The notes beneath the pieces were generated by a model. It was not told where the DNA came from. It saw nothing but the letters and a program-made list of their open reading frames with translations, and did not search any database. DNA of 64,000 bases from a virus, in IMG/VR virus record IMGVR_UViG_3300046476_000353, positions 2,975 through 66,974 of that record. The stretch is one strand, 5' to 3'. Every line of letters starts with the position of its first letter. Position 1 is the first letter of the stretch. Shown here piece after piece: positions 1-9,509 of the stretch. The position numbers were made by a program, and so were the translations under genes.

Positions 1-111
1 TGCGTTCGACGATGGGGGCGAGGAGCTTCCAGGCGGTGTCGTCGTCTCCGGCGACGCCGTGGGTGAGGGCTTCGAAGATCTGGCGGCTGTCGGCCTCGGT
101 CTGCGGGGTCT

Positions 112-270
112 TCACGGCTTGGGCTCCTTGGCGGTGGCGGTGGTCCATGCGGTGGTGCGGGCGTCGTGGCTGGGGATGGCGAGTTTTCGGCCGCGGGGGC
201 TGGTGCAGCGGGTGCCGGGGCGGGCTCCGCACCAGGGGCAGCGGATGGCCCACTCGGGCGGGTTGGTCAC
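112..270 (-). CDS. Small zinc-finger protein
   Basis: Hand translation: MTNPPEWAIRCPWCGARPGTRC...H. The GTG start overlaps the upstream stop. Confidence 0.6.
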   Translation of the reverse strand: MTNPPEWAIRCPWCGARPGTRCTSPRGRKLAIPSHDARTTAWTTATAKEPKP

Positions 271-998
271 TGCGCCTCGGTCTCGCGGAGTTGGCTCTGG
301 AACTCCTCCATCTGGGTGCGTTCCTCGGGCGTGAGCTGGCCGAGGTAGGCGGCGGCGGCTTCTTTGCGGGCGGTGATCTGGTCGGTGTCTTCGCGGGGCA
401 GGTTGTGGGCGTCGCGTGCTGCGCGGCGGCGTGCGGCGTGGGCGACGGTGCGGGGGTGGCCGTTGTTGCGGCAGTGGCGTCCGAGGGGCGCCTGGCAGGC
501 GGGGCAGGCGACGGTGAGGGGGCCGACGCGTACCGGTCGGCGGGTGCTGGTGGTGTCGTCGCCGGGTACGTCGTGTCCGACGGCGCCGAGTTCGCGGATG
601 AGCCGCGGGTCGGGGGTGCCGGGGCCGAGGGCGCGGAGTCCGGTGTCGGGTCCGATACGGCCGTCGGCGAGGGCAGCGGTGCGGGCGCGGAGCCGGTTGA
701 GGTATTGCTGCGGGGTTTCGTTGGGGTCGCCGTCGTAGCGGAGGTTGGCTACGCGTTCGCGGCGGGCGCGCTTGGCGATGTCGATGAGGTCAACGGCCGT
801 GACCCGGAAGCGGTCCTGCGGCTGACGGGCCGCCATCTCCTGGTAGAAGGCGGTGAGTGCGGTCTCGGCGTCGGTGCGGGTGAGGCCGGCGGCGGAGAGG
901 TCGGCTTGCCAGGCGAGGATGTCGGCGCGTCCGACGGTGCGTTGGTCGCGGGCGGCGGCGAGGCCGAGGAGTGTTGAGGCGTCTTCGAAGGTGATCAC
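267..998 (-). CDS. Replication-associated protein (possible helicase loader/inhibitor) with C-terminal Zn finger
   Basis: Directly follows the replication initiator; N-terminal AAARDQRTVG..W motif; CPACQAPLGRHC. Confidence 0.6.
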   Translation of the reverse strand: MITFEDASTLLGLAAARDQRTVGRADILAWQADLSAAGLTRTDAETALTAFYQEMAARQPQDRFRVTAVDLIDIAKRARRERVANLRYDGDPNETPQQYLNRLRARTAALADGRIGPDTGLRALGPGTPDPRLIRELGAVGHDVPGDDTTSTRRPVRVGPLTVACPACQAPLGRHCRNNGHPRTVAHAARRRAARDAHNLPREDTDQITARKEAAAAYLGQLTPEERTQMEEFQSQLRETEAQ

Positions 999-1957
999 TG
1001 GGCCTCCTTGGCGGTTTGGGCGGCGTCGTATTCGGCTTGCATCTGGCGGCCGAGGTCGAGGGCGGCTTGGACGCGGGCGTCAGTGGTGGAGGGGCGGGGC
1101 TGGGCGAAGGGCACGACGTTGGTGCTGGGGCGGTTGGCGCGCTCGGACGCGAACTTCGCGGAGCGGCGGATCCACTTCTGCCATTCGGTCGGCCAGTTGG
1201 GGCGGCGGACGTTCTGGGCGCGGAAGTGGTCGACGAATTGGGCGGTCTCGTAGTCGAGGTCGAGGCTGGGGCCGAAGGTTCTGAGAGCCCATCCGCGCAT
1301 CGGGTCGGTGAGCTCGAAGCCGGCTGTCTCGATCGGGGAGGGCGCGTAAGCGTCAAGATCAACCGGCGTACTACCGGTACTTCCCCCACCTACATCAGCC
1401 ACGTCGTAGTTATGGGAGGGGAGGGGAGGGGAGGGGACAACCGTTGCACCCTCATGGGTGTCACGCCGTGACATGTCGTCCTGACCTGCGGCGGAGTCCC
1501 AAAACAGGGGGTCATTTCCGTCCCGATTCGGCTCCGAATCGGATCCGTTTCCGCTCCGATTCGAGTCCGATTCCGCGCCGATTCCCGCGCGGTTCCGGTT
1601 CGAGCGGGCCGTTTCCCTGCCGCGGTTCTGCCTCTTCCGGGCGGCTTCACGGGCTGCCTCGATCTGCGCGCGGGACTTGTTGTAGTCGAGGTAGTCGTGG
1701 ATGACGAAGTCCCCGTCGGCCGGCTGCTGGCACCGCGGGCAGGCGTGACCGGCGCCGTGAAGCATGCCGACGGCGATGAGCTTGCGGACGTTGGGTTCGG
1801 TGCCGTAGCTGCGGACGATGTCGCCGTCGAGGTGGCCCTCGGTGAGGTGTCGGGTCGCGTGCACGCCGAGGCGTACGAAGAGACCGACGGCGGCGTTACC
1901 CGCCTTGCGCACCTTGGGGTGCGTGTCGAACCCGTCATCGAGGGCGAACCAGGCCAT
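995..1957 (-). CDS. Phage replication initiator (RepA-like)
   Basis: N-terminus MAWFALDDGFDTHPKV..AGNAAVGL and HDYLDYN are typical of actinophage initiators; low-complexity linker; C-terminal FVDHF..W..W domain. Confidence 0.75.
   Translation of the reverse strand: MAWFALDDGFDTHPKVRKAGNAAVGLFVRLGVHATRHLTEGHLDGDIVRSYGTEPNVRKLIAVGMLHGAGHACPRCQQPADGDFVIHDYLDYNKSRAQIEAAREAARKRQNRGRETARSNRNRAGIGAESDSNRSGNGSDSEPNRDGNDPLFWDSAAGQDDMSRRDTHEGATVVPSPPLPSHNYDVADVGGGSTGSTPVDLDAYAPSPIETAGFELTDPMRGWALRTFGPSLDLDYETAQFVDHFRAQNVRRPNWPTEWQKWIRRSAKFASERANRPSTNVVPFAQPRPSTTDARVQAALDLGRQMQAEYDAAQTAKEAQ
1522..1620. repeat. Iteron-like CCGATTC/CCGTTTC repeats inside the initiator gene (putative origin)
   Basis: At least four CCGATTC copies plus variants fall within about 100 bp of the linker-coding region. 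Confidence 0.5.
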
Positions 1958-2029
1958 GAAGAGCTTCTCTCGTCCGTGCTGATCAGGGAGCGGGCGGGGC
2001 CGCCGCGGTGGGCGGCCCCGCGGGTGGGG

Positions 2030-3478
2030 CTACTTGGTGAGCGGGTACTGGTCGAGCCACTGCATGCCGGGCGCGGTCCGCAGGTTGGGTTTCAGGTGGA
2101 CGCGGCATCCGGCGTCGAGGGCCTGGACGACGATGCGGGCGACCCACTCGAAGGGCGGCGCGAACGCGGGCACGACGCCGTTGGGCTGGCGGGTCTCGGT
2201 CTGTGCGCCGATGACAACCCAGTCGAAGACGGACAGGTCGGTGAACTCCAGCGGCTCCTTGAGCGGCTCCAGAGACAGCCACTTCACGGCCACGCCGTCG
2301 ATCTTCCGGAACGCGTCCTCGGCGATCCGTACGCGCTTCTGCTCGTCCACGCTGGTGCCGACCCAGGCGCCGGGCGGCATCTCCAGGCCGACGTAGCGGG
2401 CCGGGAACTTGGTGAGGGTGATGTATTGCCACTGGGGGTTGGCGCACATGGAGGCGTGGACCTTGTGGATCCACTCGTCGGGGACCCAGCGGCCGTAGAG
2501 GTCGGCCATGGAGCAGACGAACACGCGCTGGTACGCCGGGTCGTCGCGGCGGGCGGCCGGGATAGTGGTGTTCGCGGGGGCGTCGAGTCGCTCGTGGTGG
2601 AAGAGCGGGGTGAAGCCGACCGGGTAGGCGCTGCTGTATCGCTCGCTGGTGGCGATCTCGCGGGCGTAGCAGTAGGTGCAGCCGTGGAGGCATCCGGTGA
2701 CGGGGTTCCAGGACCAGCTGGCCCAGGAGATGCCGGCGCCCTTGGTCTCGTTGAAGGTGGCCTTGGCCTGCGGCTCGGGGTACTGGACTTCGTCACCGGT
2801 GTGGGTGCGGAGGGTGAGGAAGGTGCGGGTGGACTTGGGCGCGGGTTCGGGCTTGGGCATGGCGGCGATGCGCTGCTTACGCTGCCGGTCTGCGGCGTCG
2901 AGGGCGATCTCTCCGGCGCGGACCTTGGCGGCGAGGTCGGGGGCGTCGCGTACGACGGCCTTCGCCTGCTGGACTGCACGGCCGGACGCGCCAACCGTCT
3001 TTGCGGCGCGTTCCCTGGACCGTCGATCTTCCCGAGCCATCGGCTCGACCCACTCATTTTGCGCGGGCAGATCTGCCCGCATTCCCTCGCTTGCCGGGGT
3101 GGCCTTCGGACGCTCCTCAGGCGGTCGTCCCTTCGGCTGGGCAGCGGAGTAGTACCGCTCGTACTCCAACGCCATCAAGGCTCTCTGCCCCGGGTTGAGC
3201 TGACGGCGAGCCATGTTCTTCGACACGATCAGGTCGAGGATCTTCGGCTCCGTGTAGTGCGCGCCGAGCCGCTCGTACACCGGGTCGGAGCCCGCGGCCT
3301 CACACGCCCGATACCGGTTGCGGCCGTCGATCAAGACCGTGCCGTCGTGGTTCAGGACGATCGGCTCACGGAGGCCGTTCTTCTTCACGTCCGCCACGAG
3401 CTGTGCGAAGTCGTCGCCATCGATCAGCGGGAACGCATCCGCGAACGCGTGGACTTCGAACTCCCCGAGATGTGCCAT
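2030..3478 (-). CDS. ParB-N domain fused to a DUF5131 (gp37/gp68, radical-SAM-like) domain
   Basis: N-terminal GLREPIVL..LIDGRNRYRAC (ParB-N); C-terminal ISWASWSWNPVTGCLHGCTYCYA, VFVCSMADL, WLSLEPL, DWVVIG. Confidence 0.85.
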   Translation of the reverse strand: MAHLGEFEVHAFADAFPLIDGDDFAQLVADVKKNGLREPIVLNHDGTVLIDGRNRYRACEAAGSDPVYERLGAHYTEPKILDLIVSKNMARRQLNPGQRALMALEYERYYSAAQPKGRPPEERPKATPASEGMRADLPAQNEWVEPMAREDRRSRERAAKTVGASGRAVQQAKAVVRDAPDLAAKVRAGEIALDAADRQRKQRIAAMPKPEPAPKSTRTFLTLRTHTGDEVQYPEPQAKATFNETKGAGISWASWSWNPVTGCLHGCTYCYAREIATSERYSSAYPVGFTPLFHHERLDAPANTTIPAARRDDPAYQRVFVCSMADLYGRWVPDEWIHKVHASMCANPQWQYITLTKFPARYVGLEMPPGAWVGTSVDEQKRVRIAEDAFRKIDGVAVKWLSLEPLKEPLEFTDLSVFDWVVIGAQTETRQPNGVVPAFAPPFEWVARIVVQALDAGCRVHLKPNLRTAPGMQWLDQYPLTK

Positions 3479-3741
3479 CAGTTGGCCTTTCCGTGGATCT
3501 CGCAGTGGCAGCGGTGGCACACGGCGATCAGGTTGGTCGGGATGTCGAAGGCGCCCCAGGGCGGATAGCGCAGGTGGTGGGGCTCCGTCGGCGGCCGGGC
3601 CTTGCACCGCTCGCACCGGCCGCCAGCCCGCTCGAACACCAAGCGGCGGACCGCGAGGAACCGCGGGTGTCGCAGGTACTCGGCGTACGAGCGGTACGGC
3701 TTGTCGACGCTGGGCTCCGGCGGGACGTAGTGGCGAGTCAC
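3478..3741 (-). CDS. Small HNH endonuclease
   Basis: CERC..HH....NLIAVCHRCH..IH. Confidence 0.85.
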   Translation of the reverse strand: MTRHYVPPEPSVDKPYRSYAEYLRHPRFLAVRRLVFERAGGRCERCKARPPTEPHHLRYPPWGAFDIPTNLIAVCHRCHCEIHGKAN

Positions 3742-4724
3742 GCCACGTCGTCCAGGCCGAAGAGCGTCAGGTCACCGCCGTCGTCCGGCAGGTCTCCGGA
3801 CTTCGGTGCGACCGGGCGCGGGATCATCGCGAGCCGCTGTTCGCTGTCCGCGGCCATCCACTCGTACTCCCTGCCGTGGATTTGCTTCAGCTCCGACTTC
3901 TGCAGGAACAGGCGCAGCAGGAGGTCGTCGAAGGCCCCTGGCTCGCGCCGCCACCAGGAGATGCTCACGGAGCGGTTGCAGTTCTTGGCGCTCTTCCGGG
4001 CGGCCTGGTCGGTCTTGGCGCGCCACTTGTCGGAGGTGGCTACGAGGTACGCCCACTGGGCTTCGTCGCGGTCCAGGGCGGCGAGGGACAGGTCGCGGTA
4101 GTCGGGCATGGACTCTTGCTGCTCGCGCACCGTGGCGAACCAGTTGATGCGCTCGTTGATGGTCAGTCGCTTGAGGCCGGCCGGGTTGCAGCCCATGGTC
4201 GACAGGCAGCGGGACAGCCAGGTGCGGTTGGCGATCTCGGCGGCGAAGGTGGGCCGCATCGCCCAGTCGATGATCGCGTTCGGGTCGTTGACGACGAAGA
4301 CAGCGGTGTCGCCGTTGACGTCGCTTACGTCGGCTTCGGCGCCGCTGAGGTTGTGGGCGGTCACTGCCGATCCGTTGTGGGGGTGCGTCCAGACGTCGGG
4401 GCCGGACGCGCCGTAGCCGAGGGTCGGGAGGTAGGTCCCCAGGTTCTCGACGAGGCGGTCGTACGTCGCTGCCTGGATCTCGTGGAGTCGGACCTCCACG
4501 GGGATCAGGCACTGCGATGCGTGGTAGGCGAGGATGCCGGGCGAGCACGACTTGTGCCACATCTCGCCGGGGATGATGGCGGCGTCTCCGGCGGTGAGGT
4601 CGTACCAGGTGCCGTGTTGGGCGCCGAGGTGGGCGATGGCTCCGGCTTCCTGTCCGGCGATGCTCGACAGGTACTCGTGCTTGATGGGGGTGCGCCAGCT
4701 GCGGCCGACGTTGGGCTTTGCCAT
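3738..4724 (-). CDS. TcmP-like (three-Cys-motif partner) methyltransferase-fold protein
   Basis: TPIKHEYL, WYDLTAGD, SPGI, LHEIQ and FVVNDP motifs, plus position next to DUF5131. Family assignment is inference. Confidence 0.6.
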   Translation of the reverse strand: MAKPNVGRSWRTPIKHEYLSSIAGQEAGAIAHLGAQHGTWYDLTAGDAAIIPGEMWHKSCSPGILAYHASQCLIPVEVRLHEIQAATYDRLVENLGTYLPTLGYGASGPDVWTHPHNGSAVTAHNLSGAEADVSDVNGDTAVFVVNDPNAIIDWAMRPTFAAEIANRTWLSRCLSTMGCNPAGLKRLTINERINWFATVREQQESMPDYRDLSLAALDRDEAQWAYLVATSDKWRAKTDQAARKSAKNCNRSVSISWWRREPGAFDDLLLRLFLQKSELKQIHGREYEWMAADSEQRLAMIPRPVAPKSGDLPDDGGDLTLFGLDDVA

Positions 4725-4821
4725 TGAAGTCCCGTTCGTGTGGGTGCTGGTGAGGATGAGTGCGCGTGACGGCGCGGTCGTGCATCCGCCGTTATCGGCG
4801 GGCTTCCCACGCCTCAATAAT

Positions 4822-4888
4822 GCCACATCAATGTGGCCACATGAGAGTCGCTCGATTGGAAAGATGGAGCGGGCTTCCGTGTGGCCAC
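4822..4888. promoter_or_regulatory. Palindromic operators between divergent genes
   Basis: GCCACAT-CA-ATGTGGC (4822-4837), ATGTGGCCACAT (4831-4842) and GTGGCCAC (4881-4888). Confidence 0.6.
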
Positions 4889-4910
4889 CTCGATGTGCGA
4901 ACATGTCGAC

Positions 4911-5138
4911 ATGCCCGCCACCGAGGAGACCGTCGCCGCGCTGCGCAAGGCCGTGCGCGCCAAGAAGACGGCCGAGGACCGCGCCACCGCGGCGCGCAAC
5001 GCGCTCGCCGTCGCCATGACCGACGCCATCCATGCCGGTGTGAAGCAAGGCGAGGTCGTCGCCATCACCGGGCTGACGCGCGAGCACGTTCGCCGGCTGG
5101 TCCGCGAGGTCGAGGAGCAACGCGCCTCCCAGTCCTGA
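4911..5138 (+). CDS. Small HTH repressor
   Basis: GVKQGEVVAITGLTREHVRRL helix-turn-helix; divergent from the TcmP-like gene. Confidence 0.75.
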   Translation: MPATEETVAALRKAVRAKKTAEDRATAARNALAVAMTDAIHAGVKQGEVVAITGLTREHVRRLVREVEEQRASQS

Positions 5139-5161
5139 CACCGTCCGCTCCTCTCGTCTTG

Positions 5162-5184
5162 GGCCCCGTTTCGGCGGGGCCTTT
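5162..5184. terminator. Hairpin terminator
   Basis: GGCCCCG-TTTCGG-CGGGGCC-TTT between convergent genes. Confidence 0.6.
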
Positions 5185-5285
5185 GTGCTGTGGGGGTCCG
5201 GGCCCGCCCGCATGGGGGAAGTCGGGCGGGCCCGGGTGGCGGCCGCGGAGTGGAGGCTCCGGGGAGTCGGCCGCCGGTCAGAGGG

Positions 5286-5459
5286 TCAGAACACGTCGTC
5301 CAGCGCGTCGGCCAAGGCCTCAACACCGAGCTGGCCGAACCAGACGACAGCGGCAGCCACGGCACCCGCGATCAGCCACCACGGCTCCGACGCGGTGAAG
5401 ATCGCGGTCACGGCACCGGCGATGAGACCGGCGACGACACCGGCGAGGAAGCGGGTCAC
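5286..5459 (-). CDS. Small two-helix membrane protein
   Basis: MTRFLAGVVAGLIAG...WWLIAGAVAAAVVWF; overlapping start/stop. Confidence 0.6.
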   Translation of the reverse strand: MTRFLAGVVAGLIAGAVTAIFTASEPWWLIAGAVAAAVVWFGQLGVEALADALDDVF

Positions 5460-5719
5460 TCGGGGCTCCCGGCATGCTCGGCGCAGAAGTCGTCGCCGTC
5501 GGCGGTGTGCTCCCAGCCCTTGTTGGCGACGAGGTAGGCGCGGGCGACGGCCAGCCGCTCGGTGCTGGTCATCCCCTCCCGGACCATGTAGTCGCCTGTG
5601 AACTCGGTCCCGCAGTGGTCGCAGAACACCGTGATCTGGGTGGGGTAGCGGGGGTCGTCCATGTTGCGGACGATCGCGTTGACCTCGTCGGGGGTGAGGG
5701 TGTTGGGCTGGTCGGTCAT
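5456..5719 (-). CDS. Hypothetical Zn-binding protein
   Basis: AAGGAG RBS; CDHC ... DFCAEH. Confidence 0.65.
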   Translation of the reverse strand: MTDQPNTLTPDEVNAIVRNMDDPRYPTQITVFCDHCGTEFTGDYMVREGMTSTERLAVARAYLVANKGWEHTADGDDFCAEHAGSPE

Positions 5720-5778
5720 CGTGTTCTCCTTGTGGTGGGTGGCCCCGCCGACTTCGTCCCGGCGGGGCTGTCTGCTGG

Positions 5779-5970
5779 TCAGGTGGTCTTGGCCGGGCAC
5801 TGGTCCCGGTGCTGGCCGATCGGATCCGAGCGCAGGTAGTCGGTGACGAGGGCGCGGCCCGTGACCCGGCGGTGGAACCCGCAGCGCGTGCAGAGGAGAT
5901 CGGCGACAGGTGTCTGACCGCGTTCCATCCGCCGCACCGCGAGACCACCGAGCCACGGGCCGCCGCTCAC
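5779..5970 (-). CDS. Hypothetical Zn-binding protein
   Basis: CTRC...H...C; coupled to the whiB-family stop codon. Confidence 0.55.
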   Translation of the reverse strand: MSGGPWLGGLAVRRMERGQTPVADLLCTRCGFHRRVTGRALVTDYLRSDPIGQHRDQCPAKTT

Positions 5971-6653
5971 GCCGCGACCTTCGACGTGCCGGTCCGCCTC
6001 AGCCGGTTGTCCGCATCCGTGTTCGCCTGACGACACGGACCACACGGCTCCTCGCCGCGCTTCAGATGCCGCTGGTAGCCAGGCCGCGAGCCGCACAGAT
6101 CCTGAGCGTCCCGCTCCTGCTGGTCCATCAAATGGGCTGGCAGCACGCACCCGTCCACCGGGCATGTCCGGCGGACGATCCCGACCGGCGGCCGTTTCCG
6201 GTCCACGCGGAACGCGATCTGCGTCGGCGTGTAGTAGCGCCCCTGGAACGAGACGGGCGTGGGCCCCGTCCAGCCGGCGTGCCCGTCGGGGAGAGGCCGG
6301 GAGTGCTGGTTCCACAGGGACAGGAAGGTGCGCTTCGGCTTCTTCTTCGGCGCGGGCTCAGCCTCGACTTGCTTTGCCTGCTCGGCCCGTTGCCCGGCGT
6401 CCACCTGGCGGGCAAGGTTGCGGAGTTCGCTGGGCCGGAGCCCGCCCCGGATGCCGTAGTCGAGGTCGCGGGTACGGAGTGCGTCGAGGACGCATTCGGT
6501 CTGGACCGGGCACGGCTTGCAGATCTGCTTGGCGTGGGCGATGGCGTGTTCGTTGTTGTCGGGGAACATTTCGTCGGGGTGGATGCCAGGCTCCCGGCAG
6601 GCTGCATGCTTGGCCCACTGGCCTGCAGGTTCGAGGACGGGGTAGTGGCTCAT
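5967..6653 (-). CDS. WhiB-family regulator with C-terminal extension
   Basis: W..AAC....AKQICKPCPVQTEC....GIRGG; C-terminal CPVDGCVLPAHL and CGPC motifs. Confidence 0.85.
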   Translation of the reverse strand: MSHYPVLEPAGQWAKHAACREPGIHPDEMFPDNNEHAIAHAKQICKPCPVQTECVLDALRTRDLDYGIRGGLRPSELRNLARQVDAGQRAEQAKQVEAEPAPKKKPKRTFLSLWNQHSRPLPDGHAGWTGPTPVSFQGRYYTPTQIAFRVDRKRPPVGIVRRTCPVDGCVLPAHLMDQQERDAQDLCGSRPGYQRHLKRGEEPCGPCRQANTDADNRLRRTGTSKVAA

Positions 6654-7387
6654 GCAGCCACCCCCACAGGGATGTTGTGCGCGACCCGAGCGCGCAGCAC
6701 CGTCCGGTCCGACACCCCGAGCCGACGCCCGATCTCACGGTCGTCCAGACCTCGGCCAGCCAACTCGGCCACGTCGTCGGGGTGGACGTGCCGCGGGCCG
6801 GTCACCTCGCACGGCTCCGGTTCACAGGCCGGGTCGTCGATGTCGTCCCATGCGCCGGGGCCGACCCAGTCCCGGGCCATGGCCTCGTTGCGGGCGAGTT
6901 CCGCGGTCCGGGTCGGCGGCGCCGGGGCGAGCGACAGGCGCCGATAGACGCGTGCCACCTTCTCCGCCGTCGACGTCCGGACCGTGGACCCCTTGCCGCC
7001 CGCGGTCTGGAGGAGGCTGAAGTAGGAGACGCCGACCTGCCGGGCGACGTCCGGCAGCGGGTACCCGAGGACCATCAGGGCCTGGAGACGCCGGCGGGTG
7101 CCGGTCGCGTCGGTCAGGCCGCGCGGGATGGGCGGAGCCTGGTCGAGACGCACTGCGAGGATGGCGGTCGCGGTGGCGCGGGCGACCTTGCTGTAGCGGC
7201 CGGAACGGATCACGCCGAACGTGCTGGCGTCGAGACCGGTAGCGGCAGCGATCTGCTTGTAGGTCCAGCCGCGGGCGGTGAGTCGTTCCAGGTGGGCGCG
7301 GGGCTGGGTGGCGTTGACGCGGCGCTGGATGCCGTTGATGCGGTCGTAGGCGAGGCGCCGCCGGTAGATGGTGTCAGGGCTGGTCAC
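6650..7387 (-). CDS. Multi-HTH DNA-binding protein
   Basis: Three HTH-like segments (WTYKQIAAATGL, YPLPDVARQVGV, DREIGRRLGVSDRTV). Confidence 0.7.
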   Translation of the reverse strand: MTSPDTIYRRRLAYDRINGIQRRVNATQPRAHLERLTARGWTYKQIAAATGLDASTFGVIRSGRYSKVARATATAILAVRLDQAPPIPRGLTDATGTRRRLQALMVLGYPLPDVARQVGVSYFSLLQTAGGKGSTVRTSTAEKVARVYRRLSLAPAPPTRTAELARNEAMARDWVGPGAWDDIDDPACEPEPCEVTGPRHVHPDDVAELAGRGLDDREIGRRLGVSDRTVLRARVAHNIPVGVAA

Positions 7388-7926
7388 GCGGCCACCCCCG
7401 CCGCGTTGTCGAGCGGCCACACGCGGATGACGCAGCCCGGCATCGACAGGACGTCCGCCGCGTCGGTGCCGGCGTAGAACTTGCCGAGGCGCCCGTACCC
7501 GACGACGCGGGCGTCGTCGTGCCAGACGATTCCCTTCAGCGAGTCTTCGGTGCAGCGGAGGATCTTCGACAGGTCGGGCATGCCGTGTGGGCGGGGCGGT
7601 GCTCCGTCGCGCAGGAGGTGGGCGTTCCGGCCGGTGCGGTAGTGCCCCTTGGGGCGGGCGAAGGTGAACACCATGGAGGCGATCAGCGGCCCGTCGAGGG
7701 GTGTCCAGTCGGCGAGGCCCTGCACGGCGTCAAGGGCGGCTTGCTTGACGTCCTGGCGCCAGGGCTTGACCTTCTTCGACGACTCGATCATCACGCCGTT
7801 GCCGACGTGGCGCTTCGAGCCTTGCGGGGCGGGGAGGCCGTAGACGGTGAGGGAGATGCCGGGCTGGGGGCCGGCCGCCGCGGGGGCGGCCGACGCCTCG
7901 GTGGTGTCGAAGAGGGTGGTGGTCAC
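7384..7926 (-). CDS. rusA: RusA-like Holliday junction resolvase
   Basis: PAPQGSK...PDLSKILRCTEDSL.GIVWHDD. Confidence 0.85.
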   Translation of the reverse strand: MTTTLFDTTEASAAPAAAGPQPGISLTVYGLPAPQGSKRHVGNGVMIESSKKVKPWRQDVKQAALDAVQGLADWTPLDGPLIASMVFTFARPKGHYRTGRNAHLLRDGAPPRPHGMPDLSKILRCTEDSLKGIVWHDDARVVGYGRLGKFYAGTDAADVLSMPGCVIRVWPLDNAAGVAA

Positions 7927-8177
7927 TGGGGTCCCTCCGGGGTGTCGTAGTGGTCGGCGATTGCGGTGCCGTACCGCTTCATGCGGTCGGTGAGGTCGGC
8001 GATGAACTCCCGGTCCTCGGCGGTGAACTGCTCCCCGTCGTCCGGGGTGAGTTCGGCGGGCATGGCCGTGACGCGGGTCCTGGCGGGCGGCCGGACCCAA
8101 GCCCGGTAGACGACAGCGACGACGAAGACGATCAACGCGACCGCGCACAACACGTTCGCGACATCGGTCCCGGTCAC
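7923..8177 (-). CDS. Hypothetical membrane protein
   Basis: One hydrophobic helix; overlapping start/stop. Confidence 0.55.
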   Translation of the reverse strand: MTGTDVANVLCAVALIVFVVAVVYRAWVRPPARTRVTAMPAELTPDDGEQFTAEDREFIADLTDRMKRYGTAIADHYDTPEGPQ

Positions 8178-8437
8178 CGGGCGCCCTCCCAGGTGAGGTG
8201 ACCGCACTCGCACAACCGGCCACCCAGCCGCAGAAAGTGATGCTGGCGGTCCCGGTTCTCCAGCGGGCAGAAGGCGAGGCCGACGTCCAGCACCTCCCGC
8301 GACTGCATCGGCGAACGCCCCAGCCGCCGCCGACCCGCCTCACGCGGACCGGCCGGGGCAGGCCACAGGCGGGCAACCGCGGTGAGCCCGGCGAGGCTGA
8401 GCATGAGCGCGCACGCGCCGACAGAGAGCGGGTTCAC
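8174..8437 (-). CDS. Hypothetical protein (TM helix plus Cys motif)
   Basis: Coupled ORF; CP...H...CEC. Confidence 0.55.
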   Translation of the reverse strand: MNPLSVGACALMLSLAGLTAVARLWPAPAGPREAGRRRLGRSPMQSREVLDVGLAFCPLENRDRQHHFLRLGGRLCECGHLTWEGAR

Positions 8438-8763
8438 GGCGCCACCGCCGTCCGGAGGTCCTGGAGTTCAGCGGTCATCGCCTCGTTCGCCTTCTGCAGC
8501 GTGGCGAGCTGGCCGTCCATCGAGACCAGCGCCCGCCGGGCGAGATCCAACTGGCGGCGCAGTTCCGCATCGCCCTCTGCCGGCCGGGGCTGCGCGATGG
8601 GAGCGTCGGGCTTCTCGTCACGGAGCCGGGACACCTCCTCGGCCAGCCGTGTGATCGTCGACAGGCGGCCCGTGGCGATCTTGTCCAGGTCGTCGCGTTC
8701 GTGGACGACACGCTGGTAACGGGCGTTGAGAGCCGCGTGCTTGGCAGCGGAGACGAGTCTCAT
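8434..8763 (-). CDS. Hypothetical coiled-coil protein
   Basis: MRLVSAAKHAAL...; heptad pattern; coupled ORF. Confidence 0.6.
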   Translation of the reverse strand: MRLVSAAKHAALNARYQRVVHERDDLDKIATGRLSTITRLAEEVSRLRDEKPDAPIAQPRPAEGDAELRRQLDLARRALVSMDGQLATLQKANEAMTAELQDLRTAVAP

Positions 8764-9509
8764 ACCGCACCCCCACGCGCCGCCGGGATCAACGGCCACG
8801 AGCCGTCGATCACCTTGTCCGGCGCCCCGCCCTGCTCCGCAGTGGCCTTCGTCCGGAACCACTCCTGCAACCCCGCCTGCTGCTCCGCCCGCCACGCCTT
8901 CTGCGCCGCGTACAACTGCTGCGGACCCATCGCATCGAGCTGCCCGTACTTGACGAACAGGGCCTCGGTGATGAGCAGCGCAGCCAGCGCGTCCGCCTCC
9001 GCCGTGTGCCAGTCCGTCAGCTCGACCCCGTACCGCTCGGCCGTCGGCTTCAACTTCCGCATGCCCGAACCGCGCAACCGCTGGAGGCACTGCCGGTCGA
9101 TGACGTGTGGGTCCAGCAGCGGCAGGGGGCCCGGACCGACCCGATCGGCCACCGTCGGCAGGCCGTTGCGGATCAGGTCGTAGTGGAGGATCGACCAGTC
9201 GAAGGACTGGTTGAAGGCGATGACCGGCATGCCTTGCTCGATGGCGTAGGCCAGGCAGTTGGCGACCTCATCGAGGGCGACCTTCGGGTCGAGGCCGTTG
9301 GCCTGCACCATGGCGTCGGTGATGCCGTGCACCGCGGTCGCCTCTGCCGGGATCGGGATGCCGGGGTTGATGACCCAAGAGAGGTCGCGTTCTTCCTGGC
9401 CTCCGCCACGGACGATGAACGCGGCCGTGACGATGCGGTCTTCGAGCGGGTTGGGGCCCGTGGTCTCGGTGTCCCACGCGGTCTTGCGGACCTCGGCGAA
9501 GGCGCTCAC
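8760..9509 (-). CDS. DnaQ-like 3'-5' exonuclease (DEDDh)
   Basis: WDTETTG, AFNQSFD, HTAEADA. Confidence 0.9.
   Translation of the reverse strand: MSAFAEVRKTAWDTETTGPNPLEDRIVTAAFIVRGGGQEERDLSWVINPGIPIPAEATAVHGITDAMVQANGLDPKVALDEVANCLAYAIEQGMPVIAFNQSFDWSILHYDLIRNGLPTVADRVGPGPLPLLDPHVIDRQCLQRLRGSGMRKLKPTAERYGVELTDWHTAEADALAALLITEALFVKYGQLDAMGPQQLYAAQKAWRAEQQAGLQEWFRTKATAEQGGAPDKVIDGSWPLIPAARGGAV

Noticed and set aside
1956-1964. Guide 3 spacer B (ATGAAGAGC) matches at the initiator start codon
   Set aside because: Only one 9-mer matches, which is expected by chance in 64 kb, and spacer A does not match alongside it.
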